DNA of 61,085 nucleotides from Microcystaceae cyanobacterium. Lineage in GTDB: Bacteria; Cyanobacteriota; Cyanobacteriia; Cyanobacteriales; Microcystaceae. Below, in pieces: positions 29,471 through 39,795 of this stretch. The notes below the pieces were generated by a model. The model was given only the letters and a program-made list of their open reading frames with translations. It was not told where the DNA came from and made no database searches. The position numbers and the translations under genes were made by a program. The stretch spans positions 1 through 61,085 of the forward strand of contig JBGTGT010000129.1 in assembly GCA_041746575.1 (NCBI GenBank), written 5' to 3'. Every line of letters begins with the position of its first letter. Positions within the stretch are counted from its first letter, which is position 1.

Positions 29471-29514
29471 TTGACAGCTTGTCTTTTGACAAATCAAAGG
29501 ACAAGATTCATTAT
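29471..29514 (+). promoter_or_regulatory. Putative petJ promoter with GAC-N5-GTC operator
   Basis: GACAGCTTGTC at 29473-29483; TTGACA 29486-29491, 17-bp spacer, CATTAT 29509-29514. Confidence 0.45.
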
Positions 29515-29553
29515 AGATAAGTTAAATCCCGATCCAGTTATTGTAGGAGAACC

Positions 29554-29889
29554 ATGGTAAAAAATTTAATGTCTTTAATTTTATTGCTGTTCACTTTATT
29601 TATTTTTGGTATCAGCAATCCTGCTTTTGCGGCGGATCTTGACCACGGCATAGGGGTCTTTACGGCGAATTGTGCCTCCTGTCATGCTGGCGGAAAAAAT
29701 GTAGTAAATGGCGCAAAAACCCTCAAGAAAGAAGATTTAGATAAGTACGGAATGCACGACTTAGTCGCCATTAAAACCCAAATTATTAAAGGCAAAAATG
29801 CAATGCCCGCTTTTGGTGGACGCTTATCTGACGCCGATATCGAAGATGTCGCCAGTTATGTTTTAGCACAAGCAGACAAAGGATGGTAA
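29554..29889 (+). CDS. petJ: Cytochrome c6
   Basis: Signal peptide ending [27 protein letters not shown]; ends KGW. Confidence 0.95.
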   Translation: MVKNLMSLILLLFTLFIFGISNPAFAADLDHGIGVFTANCASCHAGGKNVVNGAKTLKKEDLDKYGMHDLVAIKTQIIKGKNAMPAFGGRLSDADIEDVASYVLAQADKGW

Positions 29890-30029
29890 TCCTTTAAAAC
29901 GTGTTAAGGCTTTACTGATACTTAATTATCTTAAAAGAGCAGAGAAAAAAAGACAGGAATTCCTTAAATAGAAATCCAAGAATCTGTCGAAGATTTAAGA
30001 GAGTTAACGAAAAAACAAAAAAGTAGATT

Positions 30030-30053
30030 AGGCTTTGCACTTGGGCAAAGCCT
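30030..30053 (-). terminator. Hairpin terminator (T-run on minus strand)
   Basis: AGGCTTTGC-N6-GCAAAGCCT perfect stem; A-tracts at 30010-30022. Confidence 0.6.
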
Positions 30054-30169
30054 CTATCCATTCAAGATTAATAATGCTTATGAGACGCATCAATTTTAGC
30101 CTCTAGTCATAAATCTTTCTTTTTCTCTCTTCAAATTCCAATCATATAATGCCCAAAATTTTTAAATTT

Positions 30170-30373
30170 TTACCCCATCTTTTTAAAAGTTGTTAAATAA
30201 CGCTCTTGGAGAGCTTGAAGATCCCGTTTTTCTGGGATTTGTGCTAGGCTATCTTGGTTGACTATTTGGGCATGAATCCTCAAAACAGCTTGATAATCAT
30301 CCTGATCGGTATGAGCCGCAATTTCTTGGCACAAACCAATAACCCGTATGAACGGCATCCCAGATTTTTTCAA
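30170..30373 (-). CDS. Short ORF, possibly a gene remnant
   Basis: 67-aa ORF; no family recognised; lies next to a possible MITE end. Confidence 0.3.
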   Translation of the reverse strand: MKKSGMPFIRVIGLCQEIAAHTDQDDYQAVLRIHAQIVNQDSLAQIPEKRDLQALQERYLTTFKKMG

Positions 30374-30588
30374 GTTTGATAGATTTCATCGTTTAAAGGG
30401 CGTTGCTGAATAGGAGTTGATGATGCCAAACTGAGTAGGGTTTAGTCGCAGGAAGATTTGCCCCTATAACTCCGTGGTGGGAAGTCCATTCTGATAAGAT
30501 AAAATCCTATAACCAAACGCATAAACTAATGGAACTTAAACGAGAATTTTACAACTTTTATTCTGAGCAAACGGCTTAATTTTAAGCG

Positions 30589-31431
30589 TTATTCCTCCTT
30601 CTTCTCAGACCTTTGATATTCACTGATACCATTACTTAAATCAATCCATTGTTGTAAACTTAATTCTTCTCCTCTAACTTGAGGATTAAGAGATAATTCT
30701 GCTAAAATTTGAGTAAATAAATCTTGCTCAATAAGGGATGTTAAATTATTACGTAACATTTTGCGACGATTAGCAAAACCCAGTCTAAGGATTGTATCCA
30801 AATGCTTAGGATTCAAGGGTTCATTTTCGCCTATCGGTAGCCGAGGACGCAGACGAATTACTGCCGATTCTACTTGAGGAGGTGGGGAAAAAGCCTTGCG
30901 AGGCACAGTACAAATCCAGTCACAAGTTGCTAAATATTGAATTCTAATAGACATTGCGCCATAAGCTTTAGTACCGGGTTGAGCGATGATTCTTGCGGCC
31001 ACTTCTTTCTGCACTAACAATACAATAGATTCATAACGATCAGGATTGGGATTGATTAAACTGCCTAGTAATTTTTCTAAAATAGGAGAGGTAATATTAT
31101 AAGGAATATTAGCAACGACTTTATTTAAATTTTGAAACTGCGGAAACGATTGTAAAAGGGGTGCTAAATCTAAGCTGAGAAAATCCCCTTCTAATAAAAG
31201 ACAATTGTCAACTTTGCCAAACTTAGACACTAATTTTTTGACTAAATCTCGATCAATTTCAACTGCAACCACCGCTGCCACGTGAGGTAAAAGACGATGG
31301 GTTAAAATTCCCGTGCCTGGTCCAATTTCTAGAATGCGATCGCTTTTTTCTAACTCGGCCGCCTCGATAATTTGAGTTAAAATGGCTTCACTTTTTAACC
31401 AATGTTGACCAAATCGTTTACGGAGATGCAT
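30589..31431 (-). CDS. rsmA: 16S rRNA adenine dimethyltransferase KsgA
   Basis: RKRFGQHWL, LEIGPG.G, VEIDRDL, VANIPYNIT, QKEVA.R, F.PPP.V.SA, RRKML.N. Confidence 0.96.
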   Translation of the reverse strand: MHLRKRFGQHWLKSEAILTQIIEAAELEKSDRILEIGPGTGILTHRLLPHVAAVVAVEIDRDLVKKLVSKFGKVDNCLLLEGDFLSLDLAPLLQSFPQFQNLNKVVANIPYNITSPILEKLLGSLINPNPDRYESIVLLVQKEVAARIIAQPGTKAYGAMSIRIQYLATCDWICTVPRKAFSPPPQVESAVIRLRPRLPIGENEPLNPKHLDTILRLGFANRRKMLRNNLTSLIEQDLFTQILAELSLNPQVRGEELSLQQWIDLSNGISEYQRSEKKEE

Positions 31432-31462
31432 AAGTGATAGTTACACCTAATTTATTGTTATT

Positions 31463-31690
31463 TTAAATTGCCGTCATCGGTTCGTCCGGTTCAACGTTAA
31501 GAACGCCCGGAATTGTTTGTAGAATCGATAATCGTGAGAGAGAAACCTCCCCCGAAATAATTCCCACCGTTGACATCACTTGTTCAATTTTCATACCTGC
31601 CGATTGCAGTTCTGTTACCACCATTTGAATACGGGTTAAATGCTGGTCATCTACTGTAACGATAATTCGTGTTATGGAAAGGTCTGTCAT
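31463..31690 (-). CDS. Small protein resembling a free-standing peptidase inhibitor I9/propeptide domain
   Basis: 75 aa; IIVTV..., GIISGEV, L..IPGV..VEPD; GGAGG RBS; directly after S8 protease. Confidence 0.7.
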   Translation of the reverse strand: MTDLSITRIIVTVDDQHLTRIQMVVTELQSAGMKIEQVMSTVGIISGEVSLSRLSILQTIPGVLNVEPDEPMTAI

Positions 31691-31758
31691 AGGATTACCT
31701 CCGCCGTAAGCGTAATAAAAAGGGGATTAGCTTGCTATGAACTGAGTCTTAAAACGGT

Positions 31759-33045
31759 TTAAAAAGGAGCTTGTACAAGACCATTGCCCACATCCGCACT
31801 AGAAATTGCTAACCGTAAGGCATTAGACGTTACCAGTTGCCAGAGTTGATGGCCCTTTGCCTCATTTGCTTGGGTATAGAGAGCGGCAATACCAGCCACG
31901 TGGGGAGTTGCCATGCTTGTACCATTTAAAGTGGCATAACGCCCCTTATTTAGGGGATATGAAGCATAAATCTGAACACCGGGTGCCGCAATATCCACAT
32001 TTGCTCCCATTCCAACCCCAGAACCACAGGAAAAAGAAGCTAGTCGCAGACGATTATTTACTGCACCAACTGCCATGATAGAGAGACTATTGGCCGGTTG
32101 GCCGACGGTACCCGGACGATGATTACCCGCCGCCGCAATAGTTAGACATCCCGCTTGAAGCGCGCGACGACCTACAGTTTCATAAGCCGTCGAAGAAGTC
32201 GAAATTTGGTTACCGAGAGACATCGAAATCACTCGACAGCGATTGGCGATCGCCCATTCCATTCCGGCGATAATACTGGAGGTTGTGCCACTTCCGGCAT
32301 TACTGAGGACTTTTCCGGCATAAATAGATGATTCAGAAGCCACACCGTAACGAAGACCCTGATTATCTCTGCCTCCACAAGCTGTTCCAATACAATGCGT
32401 TCCATGGCCATTTTCATCTTGAACAGTTTCATCCCGAATAAAGGATTTTGAAACTATAACCCTTCCTTTAAAATCAGGATGATGAAGATCCATTCCCGTG
32501 TCTAATACTGCCACTCGGACGCCTCTACCCAAAAAACGAGAATTGCGAGCTTCTGTGGCTTTTAAACCCCAAGTTGATTGGTTATCGTCCTCATAAAGCC
32601 CATCAGAATCGACGCGTTCATCGGCGTCTTCCCCAGCCGTCCCTTTTTGATAGAGATGATTGACAGCATCTCGATATCCTCTCAAATATTCTGCCGATAG
32701 TCCTGCTTCAATGGCGTAAAAAATGCGTTCAGGTTCAATGGCCAAAATAGACGTTTCATCGGCAACCGCACTGATAAGACGGGTTAAAGCATCGTCATCT
32801 AAATGGTTGACAATGGCAATGCCTAACTGAGGAAAAACAGCCCCTTCTGCCCTATCCATTTCTTCGATATCTAAGCCCGATTCAGGGAAATCGTCTGCTC
32901 TCGCCATGCCTCTAATGCCGGATTCTTCTCGGAGTAATTCTAACCCTTCTGGGACGACCTCATCGCGAAACGTAATCACGTAACGTCCTGTTGTTTCTCC
33001 AGATTCGTCCATGGCAGGCACTGAAAAACTGGGGGTTTCACTCAC
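31759..33045 (-). CDS. S8 family (subtilisin-like) serine protease without signal peptide
   Basis: VAVLDTG, HGTH, AAAGN, GTSMATPHVAG; acidic N-terminal prodomain; GTG start with GAGG RBS. Confidence 0.95.
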   Translation of the reverse strand: MSETPSFSVPAMDESGETTGRYVITFRDEVVPEGLELLREESGIRGMARADDFPESGLDIEEMDRAEGAVFPQLGIAIVNHLDDDALTRLISAVADETSILAIEPERIFYAIEAGLSAEYLRGYRDAVNHLYQKGTAGEDADERVDSDGLYEDDNQSTWGLKATEARNSRFLGRGVRVAVLDTGMDLHHPDFKGRVIVSKSFIRDETVQDENGHGTHCIGTACGGRDNQGLRYGVASESSIYAGKVLSNAGSGTTSSIIAGMEWAIANRCRVISMSLGNQISTSSTAYETVGRRALQAGCLTIAAAGNHRPGTVGQPANSLSIMAVGAVNNRLRLASFSCGSGVGMGANVDIAAPGVQIYASYPLNKGRYATLNGTSMATPHVAGIAALYTQANEAKGHQLWQLVTSNALRLAISSADVGNGLVQAPF

Positions 33046-33318
33046 AATAACACCTCTCTATTTAAGAAAATTAAGCACTTTAAGGCTTTTATCGGGGTTA
33101 TATTTTTATTTCTCTTGTCTTTAAGTTATTTATGAAAATCTTGACCTCGACAAATGGTCACAGCCGATACCCATCTATTTTACGTTTCGCATAGCCTATC
33201 CCTGTCTATCTCTCAATAAAACTTGAGAATTCTGGACTTATTTTAAAAGCAAGTTGACCAAGGTAGGCAATAGAGGGAATCAATAAGATTCCCAAAAAGG
33301 TTAATGACTGACGATTAA

Positions 33319-33720
33319 TTATTCCCCATAATATTCTTGAATTGATTTGATATAATCCAAAAGAGCTAATTTAATTAAAATCTCTCGCCATTGCGGCTTA
33401 TGGGTATCATTTAAGCACAAAATTTCATTTTTTTGACAACCGATGCGCCCCGGACTTTTGAGGAAAAACTGAATTTGCTGATCAATTCGACTCACTGCTT
33501 CAATCGTTTCTTGGCGATTAGGAATACAAAATTCATAACTCAGCGATCTTAAACGATGCGGTTGTCCGACTAAGCCTTCAGTAGAAAGGGACGAAAAGTC
33601 AAACATTATTTTACTCAAAATTTTCGGGTCTATTTCGGTCTGTGCTACCCCTTGAGCAAGCCATAGAACCCCCCAATTGAGCAATAGACTAATTGTCAAA
33701 ATTTGGCTCACCGCTTTCAT
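33319..33720 (-). CDS. Exported hypothetical protein
   Basis: Signal-like N-terminus; YEFCIP, SPGRIGC...E.LC. Confidence 0.7.
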   Translation of the reverse strand: MKAVSQILTISLLLNWGVLWLAQGVAQTEIDPKILSKIMFDFSSLSTEGLVGQPHRLRSLSYEFCIPNRQETIEAVSRIDQQIQFFLKSPGRIGCQKNEILCLNDTHKPQWREILIKLALLDYIKSIQEYYGE

Positions 33721-34021
33721 TGATTGACTTAAACCTAGTCAAAGTATTTAGCAAAATATCTCACTTTTTGAGACAATTACGCTTAAATCCGTGAGGGACA
33801 ATGTCAAACTTAATCTTAACAAAAGATTCCCCCTTGGGAGATTACTGCTAGATTATTGATTGGGACAGTCATCTACTTATCTTACTAAGCTCAGGGGCTG
33901 TTTTTTCAGATAATGTCTGGGTTATCATCCATCACATTGACCACTTGATCTGATTGATCTGAAAGCATTCTATCAATTTGGCCATAATACCCAATTATTT
34001 AATGATACCAAACGATTTATC

Positions 34022-35626
34022 ATGACAACTGCCCATTTTCCTTGGTTAACTACCATTATTTTGTTTCCCATCGCGGCGGCTTTACTGATTCCTTTTTTTC
34101 CGGATGAAGGGGAGAAAGAAGTACAAGAAAAAACCGCCCAGCGTATTCGTTGGTATGCCTTAACCATTGCTTTAATTGATTTTGCCCTCATTATCTATGC
34201 CTTTTATGCTGAGTATGATTTCAGCAATCCGGGCTTGCAACTGGTCGAAAGTTACACTTGGTTACCCGAAATTGACCTTAGATGGTCAGTAGGCGCAGAT
34301 GGTTTATCCATGCCCCTCATTATTCTCACTGGCTTTATTACCACCCTCGCGATTCTTGCGGCTTGGCCGGTGACGTTTAAGCCAAAATTGTTTTATTTCT
34401 TGATGTTGGCGATGTATGGCGGTCAAATCGCCGTGTTTGCCGTTCAAGATATGTTACTCTTTTTCCTCGTCTGGGAATTAGAACTCGTACCCGTTTACCT
34501 CATTTTATCGATCTGGGGCGGGAAACGTCGGCTCTATGCGGCGACTAAGTTTATTCTCTACACCGCCGGGGCTTCTCTCTTTATTCTGGTTGCGGCTTTA
34601 ACCATGGCTTTTTATGGCAATGTCAACACCTTTGATATGACAGCTATTGCGGCCAAAGGTATTCCCCTTAACTTACAATTGTTTTTGTATGCCGGTCTTT
34701 TAATTGCTTATGGGGTAAAATTGCCGATTTTCCCTCTCCATACTTGGTTACCCGACGCCCACGGTGAGGCAACAGCCCCTGCCCATATGTTACTGGCGGG
34801 AATTTTGTTAAAGATGGGGGGATATGCCCTTTTACGAATGAACGCGGGAATGTTACCCGATGCCCATGCTGTTTTTGCTCCAGTTTTAGTCATTTTGGGG
34901 GTCGTTAATATTGTTTATGCGGCCTTAACCTCTTTTGCTCAACGCAACCTTAAGCGCAAAATTGCCTATTCCTCTATTTCGCACATGGGCTTTGTTTTAA
35001 TTGGTTTAGCTTCATTTACACCCTTGGGGGTCAGTGGTGCAATGCTACAGATGATTTCTCATGGTCTAATTGGGGCTAGCTTATTCTTTATGGTGGGCTG
35101 TACCTACGATCGCACCCATACCCTCATGTTAGATGAAATGGGGGGAGTGGGTAAAAAGATGAAAAAAGTTTTCGCCATGTGGACAGCTTGTTCCCTCGCC
35201 TCTTTAGCTTTGCCCGGTATGAGTGGTTTTGTGGCTGAATTAATGGTTTTCGTCGGATTTGCCACCAGTGATGCTTATAATCCCGTGTTTAAGGTCATTG
35301 TCATCTTCTTAGCCGCCGTCGGGGTCATTTTAACCCCTATTTATCTTCTGTCCATGTTACGGGAAATGCTCTATGGTCCGGAAAACAAAGAATTAGTCTC
35401 CCATACTAAGTTAATTGACGCAGAACCCCGTGAAGTCTTCATTATTGCCTGTTTACTCGTTCCTATCATTGGCATTGGACTTTATCCCAAAATGGTGACG
35501 CAAATTTATGATGCCACCACCAATCAGTTAACGGCTTTAATGCGGCGTTCTGTCCCCACTTTAAGGGAAGAAATGGCTTCTACACCCTCCAATTTCCCAA
35601 TTGCTTTAAAAGCTCCAACCATTTAG
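34022..35626 (+). CDS. ndhD1: NAD(P)H-quinone oxidoreductase subunit 4 (NdhD1 type)
   Basis: [46 protein letters not shown]. Confidence 0.93.
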   Translation: MTTAHFPWLTTIILFPIAAALLIPFFPDEGEKEVQEKTAQRIRWYALTIALIDFALIIYAFYAEYDFSNPGLQLVESYTWLPEIDLRWSVGADGLSMPLIILTGFITTLAILAAWPVTFKPKLFYFLMLAMYGGQIAVFAVQDMLLFFLVWELELVPVYLILSIWGGKRRLYAATKFILYTAGASLFILVAALTMAFYGNVNTFDMTAIAAKGIPLNLQLFLYAGLLIAYGVKLPIFPLHTWLPDAHGEATAPAHMLLAGILLKMGGYALLRMNAGMLPDAHAVFAPVLVILGVVNIVYAALTSFAQRNLKRKIAYSSISHMGFVLIGLASFTPLGVSGAMLQMISHGLIGASLFFMVGCTYDRTHTLMLDEMGGVGKKMKKVFAMWTACSLASLALPGMSGFVAELMVFVGFATSDAYNPVFKVIVIFLAAVGVILTPIYLLSMLREMLYGPENKELVSHTKLIDAEPREVFIIACLLVPIIGIGLYPKMVTQIYDATTNQLTALMRRSVPTLREEMASTPSNFPIALKAPTI

Positions 35627-35656
35627 CTTATACCCGTTTTTGCTTTACCTCGTTAT

Positions 35657-35686
35657 TGTGGAGGCGTTTCCGTAAGCGTCTCTACA
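35657..35686. repeat. GTAG-type REP-like palindrome
   Basis: Minus strand TGTAGAGACGCTTACGGAAACGCCTCCACA, just 3' of ndhD1. Confidence 0.65.
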
Positions 35687-35763
35687 GAGGTTTAGGGTTG
35701 ATCAAAAAAGAGACCAATTTGATCTCATTAGCACATTTTTGGTGATATTAACAAATTTAAACA

Positions 35764-36210
35764 ATGACGGCTCAAGATCCTTTTAATCTTAATCGTTTCA
35801 TCGCCGCACAAGCCAGCATTTATCAAACCGCTCTCAACGAGTTAAAATTAGGACAGAAGCGATCGCACTGGATGTGGTATATTTTCCCTCAATTGCGAGG
35901 ACTAGGACGCAGTACAATGGCTAAATACTACGGCATTAAAAATTTAGACGAAGCTCAACACTATCTTAATCATCCGATTCTAGGAAAAAGGCTATTATAC
36001 TGTGCAGAAACGGTTCTTATCCTCAAAAATCGAACAATTTCTGAAATTCTGGGTTATCCTGACGATCTTAAGTTTAAATCCTCCATGACCCTCTTTTCTC
36101 AAGTTGCCGATTCATCCCCCTTATTTGAAGCAAATTTGACGAAATATTGTCAGGGAGAATCCGATCAGCAAACCCTGCAACTTTTAAATCGAAACGTTCA
36201 AGAATCATAA
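35764..36210 (+). CDS. DUF1810 family protein
   Basis: DPFNL.RF..AQ, G.KRSHWMWYIFPQ..GLG.S, HP.LG.RL, PDDLKF.SSMTLF. Confidence 0.92.
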   Translation: MTAQDPFNLNRFIAAQASIYQTALNELKLGQKRSHWMWYIFPQLRGLGRSTMAKYYGIKNLDEAQHYLNHPILGKRLLYCAETVLILKNRTISEILGYPDDLKFKSSMTLFSQVADSSPLFEANLTKYCQGESDQQTLQLLNRNVQES

Positions 36211-36233
36211 AACTGTAAAATCTCTCCTTAAAA

Positions 36234-37076
36234 ATGAGTTCCACTTATCAAGCCACAGGGATTGTACTACAAAGAAAACCGATGGGAGAAACTGATCGCT
36301 TATTAACGATTCTCTCCCCTGAATATGGTTTGATTCGGGCTGTTGCTCCGGGATCTCGTAAGCTTAAGTCTCGTTTACGAGGGCGCAGTGAATTATTCGT
36401 TGTTAATCAATACTTAGTCGTCAAAGGGCGATCGCTTGATAAAATTACTCAAGCAGAAACGTTACGCTGTTACCCTGGTCTTAGTCAAACCTTAAGTCAA
36501 TTAACAGCCAGTCAATATTTAGCCGAATTAGTGCTAACCTTGGCTTTAAGTGAGCAATCACAAGAAGAAATTTACGAATTACTACTAGAACATCTACAAC
36601 GCTTAGAGAATATTCCCCAAGAAACTGATCTCTATCCCCATCTGGCGCAGGCAGTTTTTCACTGTTTAGTCGTAGGTGGCTTAGCACCGCAAGTGATGAA
36701 CTGTTGCCTGACGCAAAAACCCTTAGAAGTTAATTTTTATGATCCCTCATGGCGAGCGGGTTTTAGCTTTGAAGCAGGGGGAATAATTGATTTAACCTCA
36801 AAAGTGCAAACCCATGACCCGATTTTAGGGAAAAAATTGTTCACCCTCCCCATCAATAGTAAACTAGGAGCAGTGGAATTCACCTTTATACAACATCTTG
36901 GCAGTCCCCAACTTCCCCAGCCTAATCAAATTCTTCCTTCTTCGTATGTTAATTCAACCGTGACAATGGCTTGGATTCGCATTGAAAAACTTTTGAGAAA
37001 CTATGCTCAATATCATCTGGATAAAACATTTCAAACCGCTAATTTAATAGATACACTTATTCCATTAGAATTTTAA
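36234..37076 (+). CDS. recO: DNA repair protein RecO
   Basis: GIVL....[13 protein letters not shown]...AVA.G.RK.KS.L; GRSLD.I.QAE. Confidence 0.93.
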   Translation: MSSTYQATGIVLQRKPMGETDRLLTILSPEYGLIRAVAPGSRKLKSRLRGRSELFVVNQYLVVKGRSLDKITQAETLRCYPGLSQTLSQLTASQYLAELVLTLALSEQSQEEIYELLLEHLQRLENIPQETDLYPHLAQAVFHCLVVGGLAPQVMNCCLTQKPLEVNFYDPSWRAGFSFEAGGIIDLTSKVQTHDPILGKKLFTLPINSKLGAVEFTFIQHLGSPQLPQPNQILPSSYVNSTVTMAWIRIEKLLRNYAQYHLDKTFQTANLIDTLIPLEF

Positions 37077-37123
37077 GTCAATTTAATTTATTTTTCTGTA
37101 AAAAAGGCTCATTATCAGTCAGA

Positions 37124-38569
37124 ATGCAAGTCTCTAATTCTCAATCCGATTCTTCCAACGCTCATTCAGAAGTCAATCCTGACGATCGCGATCACAACCT
37201 TAAGTCTTCTCCTAATTTACCGCCAAATGGGGGGTTTTCGGCGGTTTTAAAGAATCCTCGCTTCCTCGTTCTGTGGGTCGGTCAAATATTCTCCCAACTG
37301 GCTGATAAAATCTATTTAGTTTTAATGATTGCCTTTATTGCCGGTTATTTTCAAGGAAAAGATCAACCGATTAGCGGCTGGGTTTCGGCGATTATGATTG
37401 CTTTTACGATTCCTGCCGTGTTATTTGGCTCATTAGCTGGCGTTTTTGTAGATAGATGGTCAAAAAAAGCGGTTTTGGTCATTTCTAATTTGATTCGTGG
37501 TCTATTTGTTTTTGTTATTCCGCCCTTATTGAGTATCACTCAGTATAAAACCCTTGATATTCCCTTGGGATGGCTTCCGCTTTGGTTGAGAAACTGGCAC
37601 GCTCAAATTCAAGATACCTTTCACTTACCGATGGGATTCGTCATTCTGTTGGCGTTAACCTTTATTGATTCAACCATTACTCAATTTTTTGCGCCTGCCG
37701 AACAAGTCACTATCCCTTTAGTGGTGAAACGTCGTCATTTACTCTCGGCTAATTCTCTTTTTACCACTACCATGATGGCCATGACCATTATTGGTTTTGC
37801 CATTGGTTCACCATTATTAGAATTTACTGCTCACTTAGTAGAAAAATTAGGCTTTTCTTGGGCTGTAGGCAAAGCTTCGGTTGCGGGCGGGGCTTACCTC
37901 ATTGCGGCGTTAATTCTCTTATTTTTGCGCACGGGTGAAAAATCCCTACCCCCTCATTTTGAACATCCCCATGTCTTACAAGACTTAAGCGAAGGGGTTC
38001 AATATGTCAGGGATAATAGACGAGTTCGCAATGCCTTGATTCAATTAGTGATTCTTTTCTCGATTTACGCCGCCTTATCCGTATTAGCCGTTAGAATGGC
38101 GGAAACAATACCGGGATTGAAGGCTGAGCAATTTGGCTTTTTATTGGCTAGTTGTGGGGTAGGCATGGGAATCGGTGCAGGAATTTTGGGGCATTGGGGA
38201 CAAAAGTTCACGAATAGCGAATTGAGTTTATGGGGAGCCGCCGGTATGTCAATTTCCTTAGCAGGACTAGCGTTTTCTATTCATAGCCTAGTTTTAGTGT
38301 TGATAACGACGGTAATTTTAGGGTTATGTGGTGCAATGGTGGGTGTACCGATGCAAACAACGATTCAAGCGGAAACCCCCATAGAAATGCGAGGAAAGGT
38401 CTTTGGGTTACAGAATAACGCCGTCAATATTGCCCTATCTTTACCCCTTGCTATGGCAGGTATTGCAGAAACCTTAGTTGGGTTAAGACCCGTCTTATTT
38501 AGTTTAGCCGCCTTATCGTTGTTGGCCAGCGTTTTGACAAAATTGCTTCAGCAAAATAGCCCAAAATAA
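37124..38569 (+). CDS. MFS transporter
   Basis: F..LW.GQ.FSQLAD, AGVFVDRW.KK, QFFAPAE, MRGKVFG. Confidence 0.9.
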   Translation: MQVSNSQSDSSNAHSEVNPDDRDHNLKSSPNLPPNGGFSAVLKNPRFLVLWVGQIFSQLADKIYLVLMIAFIAGYFQGKDQPISGWVSAIMIAFTIPAVLFGSLAGVFVDRWSKKAVLVISNLIRGLFVFVIPPLLSITQYKTLDIPLGWLPLWLRNWHAQIQDTFHLPMGFVILLALTFIDSTITQFFAPAEQVTIPLVVKRRHLLSANSLFTTTMMAMTIIGFAIGSPLLEFTAHLVEKLGFSWAVGKASVAGGAYLIAALILLFLRTGEKSLPPHFEHPHVLQDLSEGVQYVRDNRRVRNALIQLVILFSIYAALSVLAVRMAETIPGLKAEQFGFLLASCGVGMGIGAGILGHWGQKFTNSELSLWGAAGMSISLAGLAFSIHSLVLVLITTVILGLCGAMVGVPMQTTIQAETPIEMRGKVFGLQNNAVNIALSLPLAMAGIAETLVGLRPVLFSLAALSLLASVLTKLLQQNSPK

Positions 38570-38610
38570 TTAATGCTTGTTGAATTCGCCTCAAAGCTTA
38601 TAGTATCTCT

Positions 38611-39465
38611 TTAGGAAATATCTTCCATCCAACTAGAACGCCAAGCCGCCTCAGCTTGAGCGATCGCATAGTCTCTCGTGGCTTGTTGATATTGTTGACG
38701 CAAGGTAACGACTTTTTCAAGAATTTGACGTAATTTCTTACGAGCAAGGGTTAAACTGGGGTTAGCAAATTCAATATCAGATAGACGAAGATGAATGGCG
38801 GTTATTTTGGTGATTTTAGCATCGCTATCCTTAGGCGTAGAACCCTGATCATCTCTTGATTTTGCTTCAACTAATAATTGTAAAAGATTGGGAGAATTGC
38901 CTACAGGCATCCCGTTTTCTTCTGCTTGTACAGCCATTTCTAGCAATTTAGGCGGTAATCCTGACTTCACCACATTTGAGGCTTGAAGACACTGGTTTGT
39001 TTTCTCTGAAATCTGCTCCAATCCACGAGCGATATTCTCTTCAATGTGCTTACACCAGAGCATTAATTCTTCAGGATGAGCAAAAGAGGGTTCTTCTTGT
39101 TGATCTACTTCTTCCTCTTGAGAAGGTTCTGGGCTGGAAAGCAACATTTCTTCTAAAATATTGACAGAAAACTTCCTTTTTTTACTCTCTTGAAGAATTC
39201 CTAAAAGTTGAGTTTCTAAAGAGCGACCAATTTCTTGAATTTGAGATTGTAACTTTTGTCTCTCGCTAAAAGTCAATGCTACAAAAGAATCAGGATAAAT
39301 TTGAGTACAAAGCTGATAACTAGCCAAAACTAATTGCTGTTTGGTAGCTCGACTTAATAAGGTTAAATAATCAATATAATAGTGATAAAGCTCCAAAGAA
39401 ATTTTTTGCGTTTCTCGCGCTAAATTTTCTAAATCTTGCTGAATTTGCTTAATTGATTTGACCAT
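38611..39465 (-). CDS. Conserved cyanobacterial hypothetical protein
   Basis: 284-aa helical ORF; CTQ.YP..F, LRL.DIEF, AEAAWRSSW. Confidence 0.75.
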   Translation of the reverse strand: MVKSIKQIQQDLENLARETQKISLELYHYYIDYLTLLSRATKQQLVLASYQLCTQIYPDSFVALTFSERQKLQSQIQEIGRSLETQLLGILQESKKRKFSVNILEEMLLSSPEPSQEEEVDQQEEPSFAHPEELMLWCKHIEENIARGLEQISEKTNQCLQASNVVKSGLPPKLLEMAVQAEENGMPVGNSPNLLQLLVEAKSRDDQGSTPKDSDAKITKITAIHLRLSDIEFANPSLTLARKKLRQILEKVVTLRQQYQQATRDYAIAQAEAAWRSSWMEDIS

Positions 39466-39564
39466 CGCCCTTAATTGGTAATACCTTTTCTAATGGTTTG
39501 TTTAAATGATATCAAATCTCTCTAATCTCTTGTGATCACCCTTTTTTACCTTCGTCCTTATCTG

Positions 39565-39595
39565 TTTTCCACAAGTTTTCCCAAGGTTTTCCACA
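39565..39595 (+). promoter_or_regulatory. Three phased DnaA-box-like motifs
   Basis: TTTTCCACA (39565), TTTTCCCAA (39576), TTTTCCACA (39587); 11-bp period. Confidence 0.6.
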
Positions 39596-39795
39596 GGTTA
39601 AGGGGAAGTATTCTAATTCACCGATAATATAACGCCTACTAAATCAAAGCAGAATAAGTCTTTTTCCCCTTATAAGCCAAAATCATCCTGCTTTTATAAT
39701 GATCTCTAAAGCCTTAGAAGAAGAGTAGGTTAAGGAATCCCGTCCCCTACCCTTTTTAAGACTTTGACACTTCACACATCGTCAATAGACTCTTG

